DNA from: Hypanus sabinus
Lineage: Eukaryota
Direction of reading: 5' to 3'
NCBI RefSeq assembly: GCF_030144855.1
Contig: NC_082709.1
Span: 24,180,001-24,244,000 of the forward strand
DNA length: 64,000 bases
Below are positions 13,790-26,670 of the stretch, piece by piece. The translations under genes and the position numbers were made by a program. Numbering within the stretch: position 1 is the stretch's first letter; each line of letters begins with the position of its first letter. Below the pieces are notes generated by a model. The model worked only from the letters and a program-made list of their open reading frames with translations. It was not told the origin of the DNA and did not search any database.

Positions 13790-14250
13790 GTTGCTCACCT
13801 GGAAGGACTTCACTTTTGCCGTGATCAGGGCACTCACAGGGTGGAGAAGTAACCTCATATTCTGTCTAGGAAGCCTCTAACCTGATGGCCTGAACAATGA
13901 TTTCTCCTTCTGGTAATTTTTTCCCCTCCTTTCCCTCTTCTTTTATTCCCCACACTGGCCTCTTATCTCTTCTCCTCACCTTCCCGATTCTCACCCTTCT
14001 TCCCATGATCCACTCTCCTCTTATCAGATTCTTTCTTCTTTAGCCCTTTACCTTTCCCACCCACCTGGTTACCTAGTTTCACATATCACCTTCTAGCTAG
14101 CTTGTCCTCCTCCCTCCAACTTTTTAAAAATTCTGACATCTTCTTCCTTCCTTTCCAGTCAGAAGGAGGATCTCAACCCAGAGGGTGACTACTAATTCAT
14201 TTCCATAGATGCTGCCTGACCTGCTGAGTTCCTCCAGCATTTTGTGTGTC
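13790..14250 (+). mobile_element. Penelope-like element 3' fragment
   Basis: GIY-YIG C-terminal remnant, pyrimidine-rich tract and tail GATGCTGCCTGACCTGCTGAGTTCCTCCAGCA shared with the copies at ~19.7, 53.0 and 63.0 kb. Confidence 0.7.
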
Positions 14251-14904
14251 TTGCACCAATTCATAAGATTATTTTGAGAACAACAATTCCTTTAAGTATA
14301 CAGCAAGCAAGATAGCAACTTGCACAAACACACCAAGAAAATCAACCGTAGCAATCTAAAGATCTTACCAACTGTAAACAGTACACCGATATAGGCATTC
14401 CACAGACACATTACAACAGCTTTTCATGGTCATTGACAATTTTTGCAAAATTAAGAACATCTTTATGCAAAGCTCTAAAAAAAAATCAAAATGTCATTGC
14501 ACTTCAAATAGGCTTTTGAAATATCTCTCTGCTTCTCAATACTGGAACACAGCTTTGTTCCACATTAAGAGTCCTGAGTAATCTATCATTCTCGAGCTAA
14601 AAGAGCAAACCTAACATACTCGTTTAAAAAAAAGTAAATTCATGCCATTGACATATTAATGTATTCAAATTAAGCACAATTTCAAAGCATTTAGGTGAAT
14701 TTAAATGGTATAGTTGACTAATTCAAATTCCTTTGTATTAACTGACAAAAAAATTCAGTCCACACCTGAATTGTTAGCATTTGATAATTCATAAAATTTA
14801 CGATGCCCAAGTGCTTTGATTCAGTGCTTTGATATTTGTGGCAGTTCTATGAATAATGTGTAATTGATAACAAATAATCTTGTTTGCAAATAAATCAAAA
14901 ATAG

Positions 14905-15621
14905 TTAAGTTATTAATGAATTTTTCAAGTAAGAAATGATTTCTTCACCTGAAGACCATATCACTATCATTGGTAACAATCTTTCAAACATTTCATTAAC
15001 CAGCTTCTCTAACCTGTAACCTTTTCTAACCATGGCAACATCCTTCTCCTTTAAACTTTCAATTGGGCACAAGTCATTTCCTCCATCACCAATGTAAATG
15101 ACTTTTTTATACTGTACTCCCAATTTAAGTTGATTAGCAACAAATTCAATTAATGCTTTTCTCTTGCAAAGATTATCAGGACATTGTGGACAACTATGGG
15201 AATGAAAATTCTCAATTCTTAGATAACCTTCTTCATCAAATGTTGCTGGATTTGTAAAAATGCTATCAAAAGCTAACCTTGTATTTGTAAATTCTAAGAT
15301 CCAATTGATAAAAACTGTGTTGGAATCAGAAATAATTATACAGTCAACATGTTTCTTGATTTGGCAGATGAACTTCAAGAGATCGACCATTCCTGAACAA
15401 TATGGTATGGATTCCATAACCTGTTTTATTTCAGGTTCTTTGATTCCTTGGTCTCCAATGTAACCAAACACTTGTCTCATGTATTCATTCCAGTGTTTTC
15501 CATTGTATTTTTTCTGAAGCCAATCTGGAAGTTTCTTTTCAGGAGTACATCTCACAATCCAAGTATCACTGTTCCCATCTACAATCGTGTGGTCAAAGTC
15601 AAAAACGAGTAAACTCTTCAT
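14905..15621 (-). CDS. PHOSPHO2: Pyridoxal phosphate phosphatase PHOSPHO2 (238 aa, single coding exon)
   Basis: HAD motifs DFDHT, IISDSN, NLCK and YIGDGGND; N-terminus MKSLLVFDFDHTI; splice acceptor just upstream of the ATG (AG at 15640-15639, or 15626-15625); adjacent to CFAP210 and PPIG as in human 2q31.1. Confidence 0.93.
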   Translation of the reverse strand: MKSLLVFDFDHTIVDGNSDTWIVRCTPEKKLPDWLQKKYNGKHWNEYMRQVFGYIGDQGIKEPEIKQVMESIPYCSGMVDLLKFICQIKKHVDCIIISDSNTVFINWILEFTNTRLAFDSIFTNPATFDEEGYLRIENFHSHSCPQCPDNLCKRKALIEFVANQLKLGVQYKKVIYIGDGGNDLCPIESLKEKDVAMVRKGYRLEKLVNEMFERLLPMIVIWSSGEEIISYLKNSLIT

Positions 15622-17072
15622 TTTCTGAAATCAGCCTCCTATGTTTTAAAACAAAAAGAAAGAAGTGCATTATACATAGCTGCACTGGTCTTAATTCAAG
15701 ATAAATAATGAACATGTTACATATTTACCCGGTAACTGGCGTTGCTGGGGAATTCTGAGCATCAAATTTTTGAAAAGATTGTAAGGCTCTGTAGAGGTGC
15801 AGAAACAATTTACTGTAATTGGCAATTAGTTTATTATTGTCACATGTACCAAGATACAGTGAAAAGCTTTGTATGCATGCCATCCAAATAGATCATTCCA
15901 TATACACATACATCAGGGTAGTACAAAAGGAAAAGCAATAATGCAGGATATTTGTTCCACTTACAGGGAAAATACAGCGCAGGTAGACAAATAAGATAAT
16001 GGGGCAATGATGAGATAGATTGAAGAATCGTGTTATCTTAACATACAAGAGATCTGTTCAACAGTCTTATAACAGTGGGAAGTTCATTTACATAGATAGG
16101 CTAGAGAGCTGGTGCTATTCACCTTTAAAAAATTCCAAAGAGGTGACAAGTAAAATCCAAAAGGTATTTTCTTTCTATCAAGCAGTAGAAAATGCTCCAA
16201 TTTGTAGAGGAATCAAGTACTAGGATATTGAATGAAGGTCAAGAGATGCACCGGACATGAGAATTTCAAAGCAAATGATTAGTTTCTGAAGAACACTGCC
16301 GGGGTTAATTTGTGGCATATTCAACTGCACATCCAAAAGTAATTATCTGAAATTCTATTACTTATATATCATAGGATTAGTCAAGTGGAAACTTGACCAA
16401 CTTGTATCGACTGATGTATTTTATTGAAAAGAAATCATAAAAACAGAAAATGTTTAATTGAAATTTGAAACAAAAATAGAAAATGCTGGAATAACTCAGG
16501 GGACCCGACAGCATATGTAGAAACAGAAGGCAATTAACAAACATCGCAGGTTGAACACACATCAGAACTCAGTAAGATCTGCTGAATTTTTCCAGCATTT
16601 TCTATTTTATTTGGTATGTTTTTCATTATTAAGCGTCAAATGAATTTTCAAAAGGAAAATATTTCAAAGCTAACTATAAAGTAAAGTAACATAAAATATA
16701 CAGAAAACAAATTTTATGTGCCTTTTTATATTGCACGTGTCCCCATGTTTCTTAATAATAACCCACGACTTCATTTGAAACGATTCAGAGGGTTTCTAGA
16801 ATAATTCAGACCGTCCTAATCGTTTGCAGAAATATCTGTTTAATTTTACTCACTTCATTCCCAACTGCCTCATTTAAGTAGGCCACAAGGTCAAATTTTC
16901 ACTGCCGGAACCAAGGGTAAAAATAAACCTCAAGCACGGAGCAGACGCCCAGTGGTACAGTATTTCCACTTCTACAGTAACTCATTGCCCTTTTGAGTTT
17001 CCTTTCTTTCACTCAAATAAAAAAACACACTCTACTTTCGATAGCTTATGATTACTCAAAGAAACAACATAC

Positions 17073-17220
17073 CTAACGTATGTTTAAATCCGAAAGATCG
17101 CCGCCACCCGATATGATACCTCGGCTCGACTGCGGCATTGCGAGCGGGACAAGCCCGATCGACAGCCGCGGCCACGCGCAGCCGCCGAAACGCGCCTCCA
17201 CGCGCGACTCCGCCCGCCGC
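17073..17220 (-). other. PHOSPHO2: Probable non-coding exon 1 of PHOSPHO2
   Basis: Donor AG|GTATGT (GT at 17072-17071) at the CpG-island edge; 5' boundary is a guess. Confidence 0.5.
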
Positions 17221-17510
17221 CCGTCGCCTGGTAACGGAGCACGCACCTACCCCACGGTATCGTTGCCGGGCAACACAAACCCCACTGCCGCCCGGCTCTG
17301 TGCTCGGGGGAATGTTGGGCTTCCATGATTAGCTTCTGAGGCACGGTGCAAATGGCGGCTGCGACAAACTTTGCGCCGCCAAATGGAAGATCGATGAGTG
17401 ACATTAGAAACAATTCTGGTGAGTGTTTCTTCAAAATGGGTCAAAGAAACCGAGGCTGCTTTTGTGGGACTGGAGACAACGGGTTAATCCATTCCGATGG
17501 ACTCGGGTAT
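17075..17510. promoter_or_regulatory. CpG island; bidirectional PHOSPHO2/CFAP210 promoter
   Basis: Sharp GC/CpG-rich block between divergent genes; X-boxes at 17223-17235 and 17262-17274; GC box ~17210; YY1-like AAATGGCGGC at 17350-17359. Confidence 0.85.
17352..17418 (+). CDS. CFAP210: CFAP210 exon 1 (MAAATNFAPPNGRSMSDIRNNS)
   Basis: ATG in good context (CAAATGG); donor CTG|GTGAGT; phase 1 matches exon 2. Peptide itself is poorly conserved. Confidence 0.7.
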
Positions 17511-18794
17511 TACAACTTGTACATTTTGGTATATACTTCTCTGTGAGGTCTAATACTTGGTCAGTGCGAGTATGGTCGCTATGAATGCTCTCAAAAATGC
17601 ACACATCACACAGCTGGGAACTTCTGATAGCGTCACGGAGATTTTTTTCATTAATTGCATCTGGTTACTTGGGCGAAGAACAATTTACCATCTCCCAGGT
17701 CAAAATTATAAGCCTCTTTGTACAAGATGTTTTTGCAGCATAAGAGAAAAATTTATAGAAAACTTCTGAAGAAAGATTTAGGGTCCTTGACCCTCTTCAA
17801 TTGATCTTTGTTGATGACATTGTGAACAAACTTCTCAAGACTCATATCGTGGGAATCACCTCCCAGTAAAATAAGGTATTACTTTCAAGGTACCAGCATA
17901 GTCTTTTGTTTGATGAAAAAAAAGATGTTTGAACATTAAGATCTGAAACCTGGCACAAAACCTGGTCCACCAGGTCACCCAAATGCTGGTCTACCTGCCC
18001 TCGTAATTTCTTCCAAGACCCAGATTGAAGTATTGGTAGGTACCAAAGTTATCCCAGCAAATTCCTTTAAATCCATTAAAAGGCAAAATGAATCTAAGCA
18101 TTCTCTCCCTGGTCTACAGTTCTGTCACCAAGGCCTTAATTTCACTGTTGATTCCATTGGGAAGATCATGTCATTCACATGTTGGTCACCAAACTTCCAA
18201 ACCAGACAGTCTATTCCAAGCTCAGTAACAGAAAGAGATATCCAAGCATATAAAAAAGCTTCAGGAAAAGTATTCTTAAAATGTGAGGTATCTTCACACA
18301 CTCCTGGATTGTTGTGAATAGTAGTATATCTCTTTAATGGACAAAATTTAAGGGAAGAAAGACAGAACTGATTGGAAAGGAGCATGAATTAGAGCCAAAT
18401 TGGATAAATAAAGAGATAAAAGTGGAGAGAGAAGGAATCTCAGGATGAAGGAGAAATGAAGACAATTAAAGTCAAATTTTATCTGTACATTATTTGACTC
18501 TCAAGGGAAAGTATATTACACACAAGAATGGAAGTCAACTGTTTACATTGTTCCACTTCTGGGCCAGTGTGGTTAAGTAATATTGTTTTAATACTTATAC
18601 AATTTGTTATGTACCGTAAGTATTCCCAAATTTTCTATAGTTTGTACTGGCCTGTTAAAATAGATAGGTGATGCAGAAAATTTACAACAATAATTGGGTT
18701 GAGAGCAAATAACCACTGGTGTGAGGCAAGGAGTGGAATTACGTGCAATTCACTATATATCTTCTCTTGGGCAGAAATTGTTGGCTATAATATA

Positions 18795-19800
18795 AATCAG
18801 CACATCATTCACTGCAACTTCCATCATCTTCAATGGGATCCTACCATGAAACATGTCCTTCTCTCTTCTCCCCTCCCCCCCAACTCTCAACTTTCCACAG
18901 GGATCACTCTCCTTGATTCCCTTATCCACATATCCCTCCCCAACAATCTCCCTCCTAGCACTTAAGCAGTACAAGTTCTATACCCACTCATTTATCTCCT
19001 CTCACAACACCATTCAGAGCCCCAAACATTCCTTCCAGGTGAGGCAACACTTCTTTTGCAAGTCTGATGGGGTAATCTACTCTATTGGGCGCTTGGCCTC
19101 TACATGTCAGACCTGACAGATTAGGGGATCGTTTTTTTTGAGCACCTTCATTCCATCTGCCACAATAAGTGTGATTTCTCAGTGACCATCCATTTTAATT
19201 CTCCTTCACATTCCTATACCAACATTTCAGCCTATGGCCTCCTCTGCTGCCACAATGAGGTGACTTTCAGGCTGAAGGAGGATCAGTTCGTTCCATCTAT
19301 GTAGCCGCTAACCTGATGGCATAAAGATTGATTTTTCTAACTTCTGGTAATTTTCCCCACCCCCCCCCCTTTTTTCATTCTCCATTCCAGCTCCTCTGTT
19401 GCCCCTTTCTTTCCCTTTTCCTCACTTACTCATTACCTCCCTTTGGTGCCCCTCCTCCTTCCTTTTCTCCCATGGTCCACTCTGCTCTCCTATCAGATTC
19501 CTTCTTCTTCAGCCCTTTACCTTTTCTACCCATCACCTCCCAGTTTCTCACTTCCCCTCCCCACCCATCCACCTTTCCCTTCACTTGGCTTCAGCTATCA
19601 CCTGTCAACTTGGACTTCTCCTCCCCTCCCCCACCATCTTAATCTGGCTTCTTCCACCTTCCTTTCCAGTCCTGATGAAGGGTCTCAGCCCGGAATGCCA
19701 ACTGTTTATTCCCTCCATAGATGCTGCCCGGTTGCTGAATGTGTTCAGCATTTTGTGTGTTGCCCTGGATTTCCATCATCTGTAGAATCTTTTGTGTTTG
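18795..19800 (+). mobile_element. Penelope-like element, GIY-YIG region and 3' tail
   Basis: Remnant TIQSPKHSFQVRQHFFCKSDGVIYSI; C/T-rich tract; hammerhead-like motif at 19667-19704. Confidence 0.75.
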
Positions 19801-21633
19801 ATTAATAATGCCTAGTTATAAGCTGATTTTTTCTAAAAAGTTATTTAAATTTGTTTACAGATGCATCATCTTTCTCACAGTATTTCTTTCTTACTAGAAT
19901 ACATTTTTGTTGAGTTATGAACATCTGTCACTGTTTATCTTCTCTTATTTTTCCCAACCCTTATGTTCCTTATGTTCATATTTTCATTGAAATTTAAGAT
20001 AATGGTTTTAGATCTTAGTTTCTCATTTTCAGAATTAACTATGAAATTGAGACTGTTCCAGACGATCCTTTACTTAGAAATTATTAATTAATTATTTCTT
20101 GTTACACTTAAGATCTTATCTAAAATAGCTAGTTTCCTGGTTGGCTCCACAAGTTATTATTCAATTCTTTATGAACTCATCTGAAGGCTGACTTTGCCAA
20201 TTTGATTTGCTCAATCCATGTGAAGATTAATGCCACCCATAATAATTAAGTTTATTTCAAGTTCTCATTTTTTCTTCATTTCTGATCTGCACATCACTAC
20301 CATTAGAGATCCTACTGCCATCAATTATTTGTTTACCTTGCCTAATCCTATCTGCACCCAAATTAATTCTGTCTTGATCTTTTAAGTCTAACAAACGTTG
20401 ACCTCAACCTTCATAAAGGAAGCTTTCAACTGTACCTTCTGTCTACCTTCCTAAAATTTAAAAGACCCCTGAATATTCAGTTCCCATCCTTAGTCACATT
20501 GCAGTCACAATGTAATGTGCTATCACTCAGTTATTTTGACCTTAAATATGAATTGTATTCCTTTTGCAGTTTTAATAAGATTCTTAATGAGGAACAAGTA
20601 AATTAGTAAATGTAAAAGTAAATCAGTAGATGAAATGTATTATAATTGTGTTTTTGGAAATAATTTTCCTGCTGCTTATTAAATATGCATTGTAGGTAGA
20701 ATATCTTCAGTTCGGAACACCAAATTATGTGTAACAAAATGTTCTGAGGAAAAGGAACCTGGAGAAGGGAATGGTAGGTGCTTTTAATGTTGAGAAATAT
20801 AGTCATGCATGTTGTGTTAAATTATAAATAAAGGATTAAGTTCTGTTGTAAATAGGTATAGCATTAAAATGATTTTTGAGTAATAGTATGACTCAAAAAT
20901 TTTGCTTAGATATTATTAAATAACACAAACATCAAGATTGTTTGTCATTATGTAGTATACAAGTGTAAAGGAGAACAAAATGATTGTTGCCCCAGATCTG
21001 ACACCGCCTTAAAAAAACTTGTTAATTTATGCTCACTAACTCAATGTATCCTGGATTCTGGATTGTGTGCAGATATCAAACCCAGGACATATTCCTGATC
21101 TGAGTACAGATAGGGGGAGTTGGAAGCATTTACACCAACCACATTTATTATAGGTAGCTGCCAATATTGAACTAAAACCAGAAAATGCTCAGTTAGCATC
21201 TGTAGAAAAGATAATAGTTCAGAATCAGAATTGTTATCTTTGACATATGTAGTGAAATTTGATGTTCTGCAGCAGCAGCAGTACAATTCAATGTATAAAA
21301 ATTACTATAAGTTATAATAAGAAATATTTTTAAAGTACAAAAAAGAAAAATAGTGAGTTAGTGTTCATGGACCATTCAGAAATTTGATGGTGAGGGGAAG
21401 AAGCTGTTCCTAAAATGTTGAGTGTGCAACACTGAGGCTCCTGTGCCTCCTCCCTGATGGTAGTAATAAGAGGGCATGACCTGTTTGGTGAGGGTTCTTA
21501 ATGATGGATGTGGCTTCTTGAGGTACTACCTTCTGAAGATATCCTCAATGATGGGGAAGCTAGAGTCCATGATGGAGCTAGCTGAGCTTACAACCCTTTG
21601 CAGCCTCTTTTGATCCTGTGCATTGGAGCCCCT

Positions 21634-22115
21634 TGTTGTGATGGAAAATAACTGATTCTTTGAGCCTCAACAGTAGAGGCCTGGACACACACAGTTTTAA
21701 TAATAAGGAATTTATTTACAAGGGGAAGTCGGGTCAACACAACCAACTACAATACACAGAAAGTGGTGTGGGGACAGAGTACGGTTACACAAACAAAGAA
21801 CAAGGAAAAAGCACTACAACAGCTATCCCCCTTGACCTTGGATAGCTGCAGCTCCCTTACCAGGACAAAAAGTAGACCTTCCCAAGCATAAATCAATGCA
21901 CTTACCTCCAATGTGGTGGTCTGTAAGAGAGGGCTAGGAAGGCCAAGTCTCACCTTTTAAAGCATGGGGCTGGGTGAGATAATCCAATTAAGGTGACCAA
22001 TAATTTAGGTGTGCATTGATTAGTTGGGAGGGACCAAATGTTGATTGGCATGTGGTGTGTCCTCAACCAGCCAAGTGGCAGTGCGTCTGTCACGTGGCCG
22101 GTATCTCTGGATACA
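21634..22115 (-). mobile_element. Solo LTR, 482 bp
   Basis: TG...CA ends; 5-bp TSD CCCCT/CCTCT (1 mismatch); CCAAT, TTTAAAA and AATAAA in order on - strand. Confidence 0.7.
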
Positions 22116-22822
22116 CCTCTGTACCAGATAGAATACTCTCCATGATGCATCTGTAGAAATTTGCTGGTCTTTGGTGACATACCAAATCTCTTCAAACTCC
22201 TAATGAAGTATAGCCACTAGTGTGCCTCCTTCATGATCAAATTAGCATGTTGGCCCAGGATATATCCTCTGAGACGTTCATGTCAAAGAACTTGAAGCTT
22301 CTCTCTCTTTCTGCCACTGACCCCTCAAAGAAGACTGATGTCTTCCACTTCCTGGAATCCACAATCAATTCCTTGGTCTTACTGACATCGACTGCAAGGT
22401 TATTGTTGTGACACCACTCAGCCAGTTGATTTGTCTCATTCTTGCATGCCTCCTTATCACCATCTGAGATTCTGCCAACTGTTATGTCATTGGTGAGTAT
22501 GTAGATGGTGTTTGAGTTGTGCCTAACTTCACAGTCATGAGTACAGAGCAGTGGCTGCCAATCATTTCTTGTGTACCTCTCCGTTTGCTCCCAGACCATA
22601 TCCCCAGTCCCACCCTCTCCCTTTCCAGCCATTACATAAAAATGATAAAGAATGATGCACAGTGAAAGAAATATGAACATCAAATTCAATGCAGTTCCAA
22701 ATAATTTCAAAAATACTTAAAATTTATTTAAAGCTACATACAAATAACATTTCTTTAATTACAGTAAAACAATTTTTATCACCAATTTTAGTGAATATAT
22801 TAGTAGTCCCAGCTATTCACTA

Positions 22823-23561
22823 CAGTTGGCCCTCCTTATCCACGGGTTCCGCATGCGCGGATTCAACCAACTGCAGATCGGGGAAACCCGAAAGTTCTCT
22901 CTCCAGCACTCATCGTTTGAGCATGTACAGACTATTTTTTCTTTTCATTATTCCCTAAAAAATACAGTATAACAACTATTTACATAGCATTTATATTGTA
23001 TTAGGTATTATAAGTAATCTAGAGATGATGTAAAAGTACAGGCAGTCCCTGGGTTATGAACGAGTTCCATTCCTGAGTCCGTCTTTAAGTCGGATTTGAA
23101 GTTGGAACAGGTACATCTGGTATTATTTAGCGTCAGTTAGTCAAACGTTTTTCTTAGTTTGTAGTATATATTTTACCTTTCTATGCATATAAAACACTTA
23201 AGAAACATATGTATTTCAATACTTAAACCACTGTGTTGCTTAGTAATAATTGTAGCTTTCATCGGGGCAGTGCCTTTCACATGCTCCATTAAAATTGTTC
23301 TGATCGTTGACCGACTAGCCTAACGCTTTTCCAATGACTGATGGTGTTTTACTTCTTTCCGATTGTTTTATTACTTCCACCTTATTTTTCATTGTAATCG
23401 TGATTATTTTCATGAACAGAAACGCTGCTGATTCAGAGCTGTGCCGGGTCCTAAAGACCACCACACAGAGACAGGTTAAATAAGGGAATTGAGCATCTGC
23501 GTATTTTGGTATCCACAGGGAGTCCCAGAACCAATCCCCCACGGATAAGGAGGGCTGACTG
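22823..23561. mobile_element. Tigger/MER2-like non-autonomous element (739 bp) with an internal second Tigger-type end
   Basis: TIRs CAGTTGGCCCTCCTTATCC and GGATAAGGAGGGCTGACTG; TA TSDs; internal TA-CAGGCAGTCCCTGGGTTA at 23037. Confidence 0.85.
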
Positions 23562-25215
23562 TACTTTATTGCTTTTTCACCTTTCAGTGAGATAGTTGGA
23601 GTGACATTGGCTTCTTGACATCAGGCTGAATATCACTCTGAAGGAGTCTTGGATTCCCATGTTTGGTAATTTGCAGTATGTTTCATTGCTTTGAAGAAGC
23701 TGGGCGGCTGCACTGAAACTGTGCTTCACTAAATATGATGTTGGAAAGGCAATAAAGAACACCTTAACCTTTTTCCACAATGCAGGAGAGCATTCAGAGT
23801 ATATTCGAAGATCATCATCTGGTATTCTTTCTCTTCCAACTTAGAGAGGCTCAGAAATTGGACATGGCCATGATGGCCAATGTTGCACTTCAGTAGGGTT
23901 AACTTGGTCAGAAATGTGGAGATGATTGATTTGACTTTGATAGGATTCCCATCATTTCCTTGCAATTGAAGATTGATCTCATTAAATTTTGTGAATAATT
24001 CTGACAAATAAGCAATATCATACCTGATATTCTTGAGTTGATCACTGAATAAAACTTTTGAGTCTTCAAAGAATTTTATCAGTTTCAAGAAGTGTATAAA
24101 AGCATCTCAGGGAGTTTCCTTTTGAGAGCTGTTTGACTTCTGTGTGCAACAGCAAGTGTTCATTATTCTCAGTACAAAGCTCTTGAAATAGTTGAGAATT
24201 GAGAGCATGGGACAATTTTATTTACTGCTGTATTTAATAGTATTTAATGATTTGTACAGCTGATCTCTTAGGTTTTTTGTGACAAGATGTTTGTGAATTA
24301 TGCAGCGAATGGTAAAAATATTAGGTACAGCTTTTTTCAAGAAAGTAATATCCCCACAGTGGCATTCTGTCATTTATGGTGCCCTATCTGTTGCACAGGC
24401 AAGGATGTCGGTGAGCTGAATGTCCTCTTTGAAAAATTGCTCAATAATCCAAAATATTGACTTGTCCTTCATACCTGTTTCTAATCCTCTTGAAAATAAT
24501 AACTTTTGAACCATGCTTTCATCTTTTTTGAAGTGAACATAACAAAGAAGCAAAGATTTGTTGCCTTTCAAGGTTGACTCATCCAACTGCAGAGCAAATT
24601 CTGTTTTTCTAAATATGTTGCACAATGTGTCTTTCACATTCTCAGACATTTCATCTATTTATCTTTAAACAGAGTGGTCGTTGAGCCGAATCGTTTTAAT
24701 TATTTGGTCTGGTGACCTATGGAAAACTGTTCACAGAACCTCCTTTACTGCTGGCAGAACCTGTTCTTCTCCAATTGTATGTGGCTTTCCAGATTTAGCA
24801 ATGAGCAATGAGCCATGATGGTTGGCATGCAAACCATCACTATTTTATTGTGAAGTGCTGGCAAACATGTTTTGAAGTTCTTTCTTTTTTTGAAAAGTTT
24901 TCATGAAGTGACCAAAAATAAGCCAAGCTCTTGTTTGCTCTGTCAGAGTATATTATTTTAAAATGTTCAAGGAGCCTGGATGGCTTCAATGCCTCAATTG
25001 CGTAGTGCTGGTATAAATCCATATTTCAGATACTTCACACTATACTTTCTATACTTCTTTTTCATTTGGTCTGCTTCAGCCAGTTTCATTATGGATTAAT
25101 GACCACGGTCAAATGCCTGTTGTTTAAGTCCAACCTCAAGTGCTGTGATTAATAAAAGGGGAAAGTTATGACATCATCACAGCTCGGGCAAAGTCTGACT
25201 CTTCGCCTGAAGGTA

Positions 25216-26670
<1,455 letters not shown>

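Noticed and set aside
17080-17546. Several overlapping ORFs across the CpG island (e.g. 17084-17434, 116 aa)
   Set aside because: Expected from GC-rich, stop-poor sequence; only 17352-17418 has splice-phase support.
19328-19805. Three-frame Pro/Ser/Phe-rich ORFs
   Set aside because: Pyrimidine-rich tract of a Penelope-like element.
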